Origin: Klebsiella phage Magnus
Sequence record: NC_049462.1
Direction: 5' to 3' (one strand)
DNA length: 64,000 bases
A program made the position numbers and the translations under genes. How positions within the stretch are numbered: position 1 is the first letter of the stretch; each line of letters opens with the position of its first letter. Below the pieces are notes generated by a model. It did not search any database. It was not told the DNA's origin and saw only the letters and a program-made list of their open reading frames with translations. Positions 46,092-54,209 of the stretch are shown piece after piece.

Positions 46092-47740
46092 GCATGCGCC
46101 ACTTAGATCCAATCCATGCAATCGACTTCTACAAATCAGGGCACATCTATCAATTTCCTGAAGGTAGCGAGCTGGTGTTCTCCAACGGAACTCCACGCTC
46201 CAACAAACTGTTCAACTCCCACCTGCCGAAGAACGGCGTGGTGGTCTGGGGTATCCAGGGCTTCATGACCTGGTTCCACGAACTGTTTGATGAAGCGTTC
46301 TTCCAGCGCCCAAAGGCCAAGGTGCTGAAGAAGTATGCCCGTCGAATGAACAAAGTTCTCGGACCAGGCCGCGTTGGGACAGAGCATATCGAAGCCCTGC
46401 ACGACCTCGGCTACCTGCCTATCGAAGTCCGCGCTCTACCCGAAGGCACCATGTGCCCGTATGGTGTTCCAGTATATGTGATGTTCAACACCTTGCCGGA
46501 GTTCTACTGGCTGACCAACTATCTGGAGACGGTGTTCAGCTCTGAGATCTGGAAGCCGATGACGAACGCAACCATTGCCCTGCATTACAAGGCGCTGATG
46601 GTGAAAGCCGCTATCGCTACAGGCGTGTCGCCGGACCATTGGTTCATCGACTACCAAGGCCACGACTTCTCCTTCCGTGGTATGAGCGGGTGGCATGACG
46701 CGGCGTCTTCCGGTTCTGGCCATCTGGTGTTCTTCAAAGGCACCGACACCAACCCTGCCCTGGACTTCGTTGAAGAGTATTATGGCGCGGATATCGATGA
46801 AGACTATGTCGTTGCTGGCTCTGTTGCAGCCACCGAACACGCCGTGATGTGCATGGGCACGAAAGATGGCGAATTCGAAACCTTCCGCCGCCTGGTACAG
46901 GACGTGTATCCTGATGGCATCGTCAGTATCGTTTCTGATGCATGGGATTACTGGCAGGTCATCGACGACTATCTGCCGCGCCTCAAAGATATCATCATGG
47001 CGCGTAATGGCAAAGTTGTGATCCGCCCCGACTCTGGTGACCCAGTGCATATCGTCGGTGGTTATCGCGTCGAAGAATTTTGCAATGAGCAGGATTTTTA
47101 CGATAACGACCCACGTGAAGAAACTGAAGTTATCTATCTCAAAGAAGAAAACAGATACCATATTCTGGAACAATATCAGTTTAATCAGATCGGGGAAGAG
47201 ATTTCTCGTTCAGAAGCGGTCGGTTCTATCCAGCGCCTATGGGAGATCTTTGGCGGAACCCAGACCGAAACGGGCCACTTCCTGTTGGATGAGCATATCG
47301 GCCTGATCTACGGTGATTCCATTACCCTGAGCCGTGAAGATCAGATCTTTGCTCGTCTGGCTGAACGTAATTTCGCTTCCATCAACGTAGTGTTCGGTAT
47401 CGGTTCCTATACTTACCAGATGAACACCCGTGATAGTACCGGGACGGCGGTGAAAGCAACGGCTGGGAAGGTCAACGGTGAATTCCGTGAGATTTTCAAA
47501 GAACCGAAGACTGACAAAGGTGGTACGAAGAAATCTGCGCGTGGTTTCCTTAAAGTCATTAAAGACTCTCAGGGTAAACTAGTGTTGGTTGACGGTATCA
47601 CCTTTGATCAGGTGCAAGACGCCGACAACCAGCACCAGCTGGTGTATCGTGATGGCAAGTTCTTCAACACCCAAACTCTGGAAGAAGCGCGTTTTCGTGC
47701 CGCTCCTCTGGTGGAAGAATTGGCATCACAAATATGTTGA
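46088..47740 (+). CDS. nicotinamide phosphoribosyltransferase (NAMPT/NadV) family protein; candidate Namat of NARP1
   Basis: 'DFYKSGHIYQFP' is the DSYK-type N-terminal motif. 'RPDSGDP', 'IYGDSI', 'FGIGSYT' and 'KKSARG' match NAMPT 'RPDSGNP', 'IQGDGV', 'FGSGGGL' and 'KKGR'. ATGA overlap with the Prs-like gene. Confidence 0.75.
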   Translation: MSMRHLDPIHAIDFYKSGHIYQFPEGSELVFSNGTPRSNKLFNSHLPKNGVVVWGIQGFMTWFHELFDEAFFQRPKAKVLKKYARRMNKVLGPGRVGTEHIEALHDLGYLPIEVRALPEGTMCPYGVPVYVMFNTLPEFYWLTNYLETVFSSEIWKPMTNATIALHYKALMVKAAIATGVSPDHWFIDYQGHDFSFRGMSGWHDAASSGSGHLVFFKGTDTNPALDFVEEYYGADIDEDYVVAGSVAATEHAVMCMGTKDGEFETFRRLVQDVYPDGIVSIVSDAWDYWQVIDDYLPRLKDIIMARNGKVVIRPDSGDPVHIVGGYRVEEFCNEQDFYDNDPREETEVIYLKEENRYHILEQYQFNQIGEEISRSEAVGSIQRLWEIFGGTQTETGHFLLDEHIGLIYGDSITLSREDQIFARLAERNFASINVVFGIGSYTYQMNTRDSTGTAVKATAGKVNGEFREIFKEPKTDKGGTKKSARGFLKVIKDSQGKLVLVDGITFDQVQDADNQHQLVYRDGKFFNTQTLEEARFRAAPLVEELASQIC

Positions 47741-47788
47741 AGAACTGCAAGCCCTGCTGAATAGCCAGCTGCCTTCGGCGCGATAATG

Positions 47789-47812
47789 AACCCCGCCATG
47801 TGCGGGGTTTAT
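47789..47812 (+). terminator. terminator aaccccgcc-atg-tgcggggtt + tattttagg (downstream copy)
   Basis: GC stem plus U-run. Confidence 0.65.
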
Positions 47813-47826
47813 TTTAGGTGAAGAAT

Positions 47827-48204
47827 ATGAAACCAGTTATTTGTGATTATTGTGGGAAGGCAGCGATACTCGTTAGTGGCGACGCAATATACCCCCACCG
47901 CCCGGATCTTAACCACCTTCAATTCTGGGCTTGTGAGCCTTGCGATGCAAGAGTCGGTTGCCATCCTAACACAGGGGGCATTCCCCTCGGGAGCCTGGCT
48001 AATGCCGAATTGCGCAAAGCGAGAAACAAGGCGCATAACTGTTTTGATCCTCTTTGGAGAGAAGGTGGTATGAGCCGTGGACAGGCATACCAATGGCTGT
48101 CTGAACAACTCGGTCTACCGAAGTCCAAATGTCATATAGGACAATTCGATATCCACACGTGCACAAAAGTCGTTGGCTTGTGCAGCCTTTATTGGAGTAT
48201 GTAA
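47827..48204 (+). CDS. zinc-finger-containing protein (CxxC...CxxC; DUF3268-like)
   Basis: 'CDYCGK...CEPCDARVGCH'. SD 'aggtga'. Confidence 0.45.
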   Translation: MKPVICDYCGKAAILVSGDAIYPHRPDLNHLQFWACEPCDARVGCHPNTGGIPLGSLANAELRKARNKAHNCFDPLWREGGMSRGQAYQWLSEQLGLPKSKCHIGQFDIHTCTKVVGLCSLYWSM

Positions 48205-48957
48205 ATGTCTAACAGAACTGGTATTAAACTCAATCCAGAAATCCTTAAATCCCATATCGCGGAAGTTATCTATGAAGACCGCGAAGTGGGAGGGCATCGT
48301 GTTATCACTTGCCATTTGAAAATGGATAACGGATTTGTCGTTTGGGGAAAGGATAGCTCAACATCTATTGACCCCAAAAATTTCGATGAAGAATTGGGCA
48401 AGAAATTGGCATACGATAAGACTTTCTCTCAATTGTGGGAACTGGAAGCATATCGGGCTATGGTTGTCCAAGATTTCATTGGTAAGACAACTGAAGAACC
48501 GTTTATAAAACTTGAAGATTATATTGAAGAAAGTAAGACAATGCAAGTATCCGGTTGGGACTATCGGAATGGTGTAGCCACCGCATATTCTATTAGATCA
48601 ATTAAAAGAAGTAAATTTGGATTGTTGGATTACATCAGCATTTGTCTTTACAAAACTGATAATAAAAAACATGATGATATCAATAATTCGAAAGAAATAC
48701 AGAAAGCAAAGGATTTCATCAGATCTTATATGAATCACACTGAAATTAATAGCCAGTTTGTAATTCATATCGCAAAACTTTGTTGGGCTGCTCGGTCAGC
48801 GGTTGTGGACACTACACCTTCTTGGGAAGATTCTAAAGAAACAGATCGCCAAGATATGTGCGAAACGGTTAAAAAATTACTGTTATCCCCCAGCGATTAT
48901 CAACCAAAAGATAATTTGTTGAAATTGTTTTGGGCGATTGTGTCCCAATTCCGATAA
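48205..48957 (+). CDS. hypothetical protein (250 aa), AT-rich
   Basis: ORF abutting the upstream stop codon. Confidence 0.5.
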   Translation: MSNRTGIKLNPEILKSHIAEVIYEDREVGGHRVITCHLKMDNGFVVWGKDSSTSIDPKNFDEELGKKLAYDKTFSQLWELEAYRAMVVQDFIGKTTEEPFIKLEDYIEESKTMQVSGWDYRNGVATAYSIRSIKRSKFGLLDYISICLYKTDNKKHDDINNSKEIQKAKDFIRSYMNHTEINSQFVIHIAKLCWAARSAVVDTTPSWEDSKETDRQDMCETVKKLLLSPSDYQPKDNLLKLFWAIVSQFR

Positions 48958-49021
48958 CAAAACCGGGTTCAATATACGTTCGGGCATATAATATCCTAGT
49001 GTTAAACAGTGGAGAAGATTT

Positions 49022-49378
49022 ATGTCGATCAAAATGAAAGGTGCCGAGTTTAAAGCATACTACGATGACTCAGAGTATTGGGTTCAGGATGCTTGGCATG
49101 ATTATCACAACATAAAGGTTAATGGCGAATATATTGAAGATATTGAAACTGAGAATATTCCCGACGACGCTGATGTGGTTATTGAGTCGGGGATAGTTTA
49201 TATTCCCATCAGAAGTGAATCCGGTTATGAAGAAAAAGAAATCCAACTGGTCACACACTTCAAGAACTGGCGCAAACTGCAGAAATTTTCTACTATCGTT
49301 GTCGTAGTTGAGAAAGACAAAGCTGAAGAAATTATAGCCTCAATTAAAACGATGCCGGGCGTCAATACCGTCAAGTGA
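49022..49378 (+). CDS. hypothetical acidic protein (118 aa)
   Basis: ORF with SD 'ggagaaga'. Confidence 0.5.
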   Translation: MSIKMKGAEFKAYYDDSEYWVQDAWHDYHNIKVNGEYIEDIETENIPDDADVVIESGIVYIPIRSESGYEEKEIQLVTHFKNWRKLQKFSTIVVVVEKDKAEEIIASIKTMPGVNTVK

Positions 49379-49385
49379 GGCGATA

Positions 49386-49529
49386 ATGGATTCCTGTCTA
49401 TTAGATCCCGAGAACGTTCTTGTGGTTGAAATTGAAAACAACAAGCCGTTCATTTTGAAAATGTTGGAGAAGGATAATAATCCTGAAACCAATCCTAAAC
49501 TATCCCAAAAGGGGAATAACGATGATTGA
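49386..49529 (+). CDS. small ORF (47 aa) overlapping the vWA gene start by 8 nt
   Basis: SD 'gagg'. Not in the ORF track. Confidence 0.25.
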   Translation: MDSCLLDPENVLVVEIENNKPFILKMLEKDNNPETNPKLSQKGNNDD

Positions 49530-51720
49530 ATCATTAGAATTTAAGAATGCCACACAGACGGTTGCTCCTTCCAATCACGTCATCGTCGTTGACATTTCTT
49601 ATTCCATGTGCTATGCGCTGCCGAAACTGCGCCAGCACCTGAAAGAAAACCTGCCCTCTCTGGTTAAGCCGGAAGACACCATCAGTATTCTGTACTTCTC
49701 TTCTCGTGGCGACTTCGGTACTGTGTTCGCTGGGCGCCAGGTCAGAAACGCATCTGACCTGAGTGAGCTGGGCAAACTGATCGATCGCTTCCTGCAACCG
49801 ACGGGCTGCACCGGATTTGTTGAGCCGCTCAAGCTGGCTATCGAAACCGCCAACGATCTGAAAAAGTCCGGCGTCATCAATTCCCTGGTGTTCATGACCG
49901 ACGGCTATGACAACTGCTGGCGTTCCAGTGAAATCCTGGCCGTTGCTGAGCAGCTGCCAAAAGCATACGACAACATCACCCTGATCGAATACGGCTGGAA
50001 CTGCAACCGCGAACTGCTGCAGAAAATGGCTGAGTGCTCTGGTGCAACCCATGTATTCGCCGAAGGCCAGGAAGAATATCAGACCGAACTGGAAACAGCG
50101 ATGGTTTCTGTCGCTCCGCGCGTTCGCGTTGATTTCAGCGTCATCTATTCCTATGCCGTTTATATCGAAAACGGGATTCCGACCATCCTGGCCGCCCAGT
50201 CTGATGAAGACCATCCTATCAATTACGTCAACATCCCTGAGAGCGTCTCTAAGCTGTGGGTTGTTGATCCTGATATGATCGACCAACTGGATAACCTGGC
50301 GGACGTTGAAGCGGCATATGTGCTGGCTCTCTTTGGCGTGCATACTATGGATGCCGACCTGGTGTGGGCCGCGCTGAAAAAGACTGGCGATGTGCGCTTC
50401 ATTAAACAGTACACCAACTGCTTCACCAAGCAGGATTATTCCAACATCAAAACTGACATTACAGCAGCGATTGTAGACCCGGCGCTGCGCGGTGTGGACG
50501 GTATCGATTACAATCTGGTGCCGCCGGAAGACGCAACTACTGTTGTTGATGTTCTGACTTACCTGGCGGGAGCAGACGCACAACTGGTTGTTGACCATCC
50601 CCTGTTCTCTTACAAGCGGATCGGTCGCGGTACGGTACAAAAAGCCGACGATACCGAAGACAAGCTGGCGGCAGAAATTGCCGAAGCCAAATCTAAAGAA
50701 GAGCGTAAAGCGCTGGCCCTGAAACTGGCTGAACACGAAGACTGGACTCCTGTGTTTGAGCCAGTGAAAGGCGCGGGCGTTCCCATCAGCAATCTGGTTT
50801 ACAACTCCGCCCGCCCGAACATCAGTCTGCAGACTGTGCAAAACGGGACCGTCATCATTCCGAAGTTCGCCCAAAAGAAATACGATCTGCCGGAATCTAT
50901 TGACACATGGCAGTGGAAGAACTACACCATCGTCAAAGACGGTATCATCCATATGAAGACCCTTCCTGTGGTCTGCTCGGCTGAAACCGTATCTGAACTG
51001 GTTAGCAAAGGCGTTGAAGTTTACGGCGGGCCGGAAGTGTTCATCGTAAATCTGGGCAGCGTTCCTCTGGTTAACCGCGCGATGGTTAAGAACATCAGCG
51101 CCGCGCAGTTCTTTGCTGACCATGTCCGTCTGGAATCCCTGAAAGCCAAGCAGAAGGTTCTCAAATACTTCCGTGACGAACTGGTTGGGAAAGGTAATGC
51201 CGTGGGCCTGGCGGGCAAATACGGTGCCGAAGCGGCTGAGTTTCTGTCTGCGAATGGCATCCGCGATTACGGCTTCTCTCCGAAGACCGCTTCGGTTGAG
51301 TCTACTGATTTCTACATGAGCCGCGAACTCAATGTGAAGATCAAAGGCGCTTCCTCTCTGCCGTCAATTGCCGCCGTTCTGAAGAAACAGGCAGACAACA
51401 AAAAGCTGAACGCAGCTGATCAGCTGATCGCTAATGCGCTGGCAGAATACAACGCCTTTGTCAAATCTCCGGCGGTGACTGCAGTCCCGGAAGCAACGCA
51501 GGCCAAGATCATTGAATCTTGGATCAGTGACGCTGCCAAGGCCGCAATCACCCAAGTGCGTGAGCTGAACAAGACCCTGTCCAAATCCCTGTATGCCATC
51601 GTTGCTGGCCATGGCTGGTTCACCGACCTGGATCTGGAAGAGTCCACCATGGAAGTGGAAGTTGACGGTGTGAAATACACCGTCAGCGCAGTGCTGGAAG
51701 AGAAAGAGATCAAAATCTAA
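49522..51720 (+). CDS. von Willebrand factor A (vWA) domain protein, 732 aa, with a large uncharacterised C-terminal region
   Basis: The N-terminus has a MIDAS-type 'VVVDISYSM' (DxSxS) motif, then a downstream Thr and 'MTDGYDN'. Confidence 0.6.
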   Translation: MIESLEFKNATQTVAPSNHVIVVDISYSMCYALPKLRQHLKENLPSLVKPEDTISILYFSSRGDFGTVFAGRQVRNASDLSELGKLIDRFLQPTGCTGFVEPLKLAIETANDLKKSGVINSLVFMTDGYDNCWRSSEILAVAEQLPKAYDNITLIEYGWNCNRELLQKMAECSGATHVFAEGQEEYQTELETAMVSVAPRVRVDFSVIYSYAVYIENGIPTILAAQSDEDHPINYVNIPESVSKLWVVDPDMIDQLDNLADVEAAYVLALFGVHTMDADLVWAALKKTGDVRFIKQYTNCFTKQDYSNIKTDITAAIVDPALRGVDGIDYNLVPPEDATTVVDVLTYLAGADAQLVVDHPLFSYKRIGRGTVQKADDTEDKLAAEIAEAKSKEERKALALKLAEHEDWTPVFEPVKGAGVPISNLVYNSARPNISLQTVQNGTVIIPKFAQKKYDLPESIDTWQWKNYTIVKDGIIHMKTLPVVCSAETVSELVSKGVEVYGGPEVFIVNLGSVPLVNRAMVKNISAAQFFADHVRLESLKAKQKVLKYFRDELVGKGNAVGLAGKYGAEAAEFLSANGIRDYGFSPKTASVESTDFYMSRELNVKIKGASSLPSIAAVLKKQADNKKLNAADQLIANALAEYNAFVKSPAVTAVPEATQAKIIESWISDAAKAAITQVRELNKTLSKSLYAIVAGHGWFTDLDLEESTMEVEVDGVKYTVSAVLEEKEIKI

Positions 51721-51764
51721 TCAACTGTGCCGGGGAAACCCGGCCTTTTCATAAGGTATACCAA

Positions 51765-52088
51765 ATGTCTAAGAATGTGTCTTATATCGATGTCATGCGC
51801 TTCCTTGTCCAGTATGCAAGCGACAATCTGAATATGGAACTGTGGCGTGAGAAGAAACACTCCGTAACAATACAATCCGCGATTGAAAAAATCGAAGACC
51901 AGCTGGATACCCTGGCTCCTCTGCGCGTCAAAGAACATCTGGGTGGCGATGAACTTGACGCGATAGAAATCATCATGGAACTGGAAGAAGAATATGATGT
52001 AGAGATCACGGATCATTGGATCGGGTCTCACCAAGACGACCCAACCCTGGGTGAATTGGCTGAACACGTGGTTCACCTATTAAAATAA
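51765..52088 (+). CDS. acyl-carrier-protein homolog with Glu replacing the phosphopantetheine-attachment Ser
   Basis: 'LGGDELDAIEIIMELEEEYDVEI' vs E. coli ACP '[23 protein letters not shown]'. Confidence 0.5.
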   Translation: MSKNVSYIDVMRFLVQYASDNLNMELWREKKHSVTIQSAIEKIEDQLDTLAPLRVKEHLGGDELDAIEIIMELEEEYDVEITDHWIGSHQDDPTLGELAEHVVHLLK

Positions 52089-52101
52089 TTTTGAAGTTGG
52101 C

Positions 52102-52129
52102 TTTACTTCTTCAATAAATGATTTAATAT
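52102..52129 (+). promoter_or_regulatory. sigma70-type promoter (-35 TTTACT, 16-bp spacer, -10 TAATAT) followed by a leader hairpin at 52140..52162
   Basis: Carries the same 'cTTTACTtcttCAATAA' element as the promoters at 27626 and 30396. The hairpin ggcggga-acg-gctcccgcc lies in the 5' leader. Confidence 0.5.
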
Positions 52130-52181
52130 TAATTTTGTAGGGCGGGAACGGCTCCCGCCTGATTGAAGAAGGTGCTATATT

Positions 52182-52397
52182 ATGGCTATATCACAAATTG
52201 TCGACCTCACCCCGTTTTGCCTCAACAATATTTCAAATCCTAAATTAGTCTTGTACAAGGACCCAACTAATTTTTGTTGGTTAGCAAGCTGCGACACCCA
52301 CAACGGAAGGCGTGCTGTTTGGGATTTCCCCGCGACCGATGAGGGGCGCATACTTGCTATACGCAAATTGGAATCAGAAAATTCTAAACGCGGGTGA
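52182..52397 (+). CDS. hypothetical protein (71 aa)
   Basis: ORF with SD 'gaaggtg'. Confidence 0.35.
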   Translation: MAISQIVDLTPFCLNNISNPKLVLYKDPTNFCWLASCDTHNGRRAVWDFPATDEGRILAIRKLESENSKRG

Positions 52398-52402
52398 TGG
52401 AT

Positions 52403-52639
52403 ATGTCGAATAAGAAAGTCGAAACCACGGTTGAAATTGAAAAGAATTGGGGTTTCCTGCGTGCTAAAGGTTTCCGCCGTGTGTATGCTGCGAAGGAAGT
52501 CTACGTCCAGCGTAAGGACGTTATCATTAGCAAGAAGGGTAAGTCCTGGGTGGCCGAAGAAGTGGACGAAGACGGCATCGTAGGCAAGATTAAGGCCAAG
52601 GCTGAAATCCTCTTCGCTCTTCTGAAGCAAATCAATTAA
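52403..52639 (+). CDS. hypothetical basic protein (78 aa)
   Basis: ORF. Confidence 0.35.
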   Translation: MSNKKVETTVEIEKNWGFLRAKGFRRVYAAKEVYVQRKDVIISKKGKSWVAEEVDEDGIVGKIKAKAEILFALLKQIN

Positions 52640-52698
52640 AATCAATAACACGGGCGGGGTATGATTGCCCCGTCTATTTGAAACGCAGGATTCATATC

Positions 52699-53067
52699 AT
52701 GAAAAAGTTAATCATCGCCTTGTCTCTGGTGTCTCTTTCTTTCGCCGCCCATGCTGATCGTGTGGTAAAAGGCATCTCGTTTGACGGGAAATATTCCTTC
52801 CAGGCGTTTGGTGCCGACCTGGTATTGACCCAAGGTAAAAAGACCGTTTATCGTTGCAAATACGATGAAACGATCCGTGGGATAGATAAGGCCAATGACC
52901 CGTATATTCTGGATATTTACCAGTGTGGTCAAAAAACCCTGGGCGTAAAAACTTTCGGTCGAATTGAAGACGGCGGATGGGTAACGGTTTTGGCAACTGT
53001 CAATAACAAAACTGTGGAAGTTTTCCAGAAACCGTTCAATATTTACACTGAGGCGAATTCATTATGA
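52699..53067 (+). CDS. secreted/periplasmic protein (signal peptide MKKLIIALSLVSLSFAAHA)
   Basis: Classic Sec signal with an AHA|D cleavage site. SD 'gcagga'. Confidence 0.5.
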   Translation: MKKLIIALSLVSLSFAAHADRVVKGISFDGKYSFQAFGADLVLTQGKKTVYRCKYDETIRGIDKANDPYILDIYQCGQKTLGVKTFGRIEDGGWVTVLATVNNKTVEVFQKPFNIYTEANSL

Positions 53068-53363
53068 TCAAGAACCCAAGTATTCATGATGCGGTGACAA
53101 ATATTGTCAGAAGGGAATTTGATTGTCTAAGGGTTCCGGCTCGGCGTATTACTCGCTTATTGGAGGCGAAAGTCGCCATTGAAGAAGGTGATACTAAATC
53201 TGCAATGTTGTCGATGTTGGAAGTGATTGTCCGGTTGTCTGATGATGACAATGTTAAATCTGTAGACGATCTAACAAAACTTCTAAACACAACAATTCAG
53301 GTTCGTTTAGATACAGGACCATTCACCTTACGTGAACTGATCAAAGAAGGGGTTGGAAAATGA
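53064..53363 (+). CDS. hypothetical protein (99 aa)
   Basis: ATGA overlap with the upstream gene. Confidence 0.45.
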   Translation: MIKNPSIHDAVTNIVRREFDCLRVPARRITRLLEAKVAIEEGDTKSAMLSMLEVIVRLSDDDNVKSVDDLTKLLNTTIQVRLDTGPFTLRELIKEGVGK

Positions 53364-53536
53364 TTATTAATTGGGAATTAGTCGGCTTGGTGCTCAGCAT
53401 TATTTTCGGCTTGGTGGGTGTAATTTGGGTAATCATTGGCATCTGGTTCTATCGTTTCTTCACCAAATATGAGAAACGCGATGCTGAACGCCGGGCGCGT
53501 CAGGATGATATTCGAAATCGCCGGGAGAACTGGTGA
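53360..53536 (+). CDS. small membrane protein (58 aa; one TM, basic C-terminal tail)
   Basis: TM 'LVGLVLSIIFGLVGVIWVIIGIWF' then an Arg-rich tail. Translationally coupled with its neighbours. Confidence 0.35.
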   Translation: MIINWELVGLVLSIIFGLVGVIWVIIGIWFYRFFTKYEKRDAERRARQDDIRNRRENW

Positions 53537-53649
53537 TGGAAGAAAATGTCTGGCATGTCATTGGCGGCAATCTTCTGGGTATTCTGATCGTCTGGTTCTG
53601 TTATTGGTTTGGTGGCAAACTGGCTAAATTTTTCCACGGGCGTGACTAA
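53536..53649 (+). CDS. small membrane protein (37 aa; one TM)
   Basis: 'VIGGNLLGILIVWFCYWFGG'. TGATG coupling to the upstream ORF. Confidence 0.3.
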   Translation: MEENVWHVIGGNLLGILIVWFCYWFGGKLAKFFHGRD

Positions 53650-53681
53650 CTAAGGGATAACTCCATATCCCGAGGTGTGCC

Positions 53682-54131
53682 ATGTTTCTGACTTCCTTTA
53701 TCGACTGGATGAATATCATCAATGGCCTGAGGATTCCTGTGGGAAACCTCGGGCTTTCTCGTTCTTCTATGCCACAAATTGACGCTGATAAACAGCAAGA
53801 CTTTCATGATTATCTGGAAGACAACGGCGTCACTATCGATGCATCTCAAGTTCCGATCCGGTCATTGCGTCTGACCCAGAACGAAATCAACAAAATGAAA
53901 GTCTGGAAGATAATGAAACAGATCCGAAACAAGAAGCCGATGGGCCGGGTTTGGGTGTCGTCAGACAATTACGTCGTGGATGGTTCTCATCGGTTCGTCG
54001 CCGCTCTGAATATGGATGGGAAGCAGCGCATGAAGGTCTACAAAGTTGATATGCCTGCCATGGAATTTGTCAAATTAGCTCGACAATTCAATGGTGTGCG
54101 CTACCGGACAGTTTCAGATAATCGATTCTGA
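53682..54131 (+). CDS. ParB-like nuclease domain (ParB/Srx fold) protein
   Basis: 'YVVDGSHRFVAALN' is the ParB N-terminal DGxHR motif. Confidence 0.5.
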   Translation: MFLTSFIDWMNIINGLRIPVGNLGLSRSSMPQIDADKQQDFHDYLEDNGVTIDASQVPIRSLRLTQNEINKMKVWKIMKQIRNKKPMGRVWVSSDNYVVDGSHRFVAALNMDGKQRMKVYKVDMPAMEFVKLARQFNGVRYRTVSDNRF

Positions 54132-54153
54132 ATAAAGATTCTTATTGAATTCC

Positions 54154-54182
54154 TTTACTCAATAAACCTCCCGAACTACTAT
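54154..54182 (+). promoter_or_regulatory. sigma70-type promoter (-35 TTTACT, 17-bp spacer, -10 TACTAT) with the 'CAATAA' element
   Basis: Fourth copy of the TTTACT...CAATAA promoter family. Confidence 0.45.
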
Positions 54183-54209
54183 TTCCTCAATGAACAAGAG
54201 GGAATCACC

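Noticed and set aside
47589-47786. 65-aa + strand ORF ending in ...VEELQALL, resembling the C-terminus of the 44767 gene
   Set aside because: Out-of-frame overlap with the NAMPT-like gene. The peptide similarity is a by-product of the 27-bp DNA direct repeat, not a gene.
49534-51123. 529-aa minus-strand ORF
   Set aside because: Antisense to the vWA gene, Arg/Gly-rich and of low complexity. Spurious.
27626-54182. Repeated 16-nt element cTTTACTtcttCAATAA considered as possible CRISPR-like or transposon terminal repeats
   Set aside because: The copies are not regularly spaced and have no spacer-like architecture. Each has a -10 hexamer 16-17 bp downstream, so they are promoters rather than a CRISPR array or IS ends.
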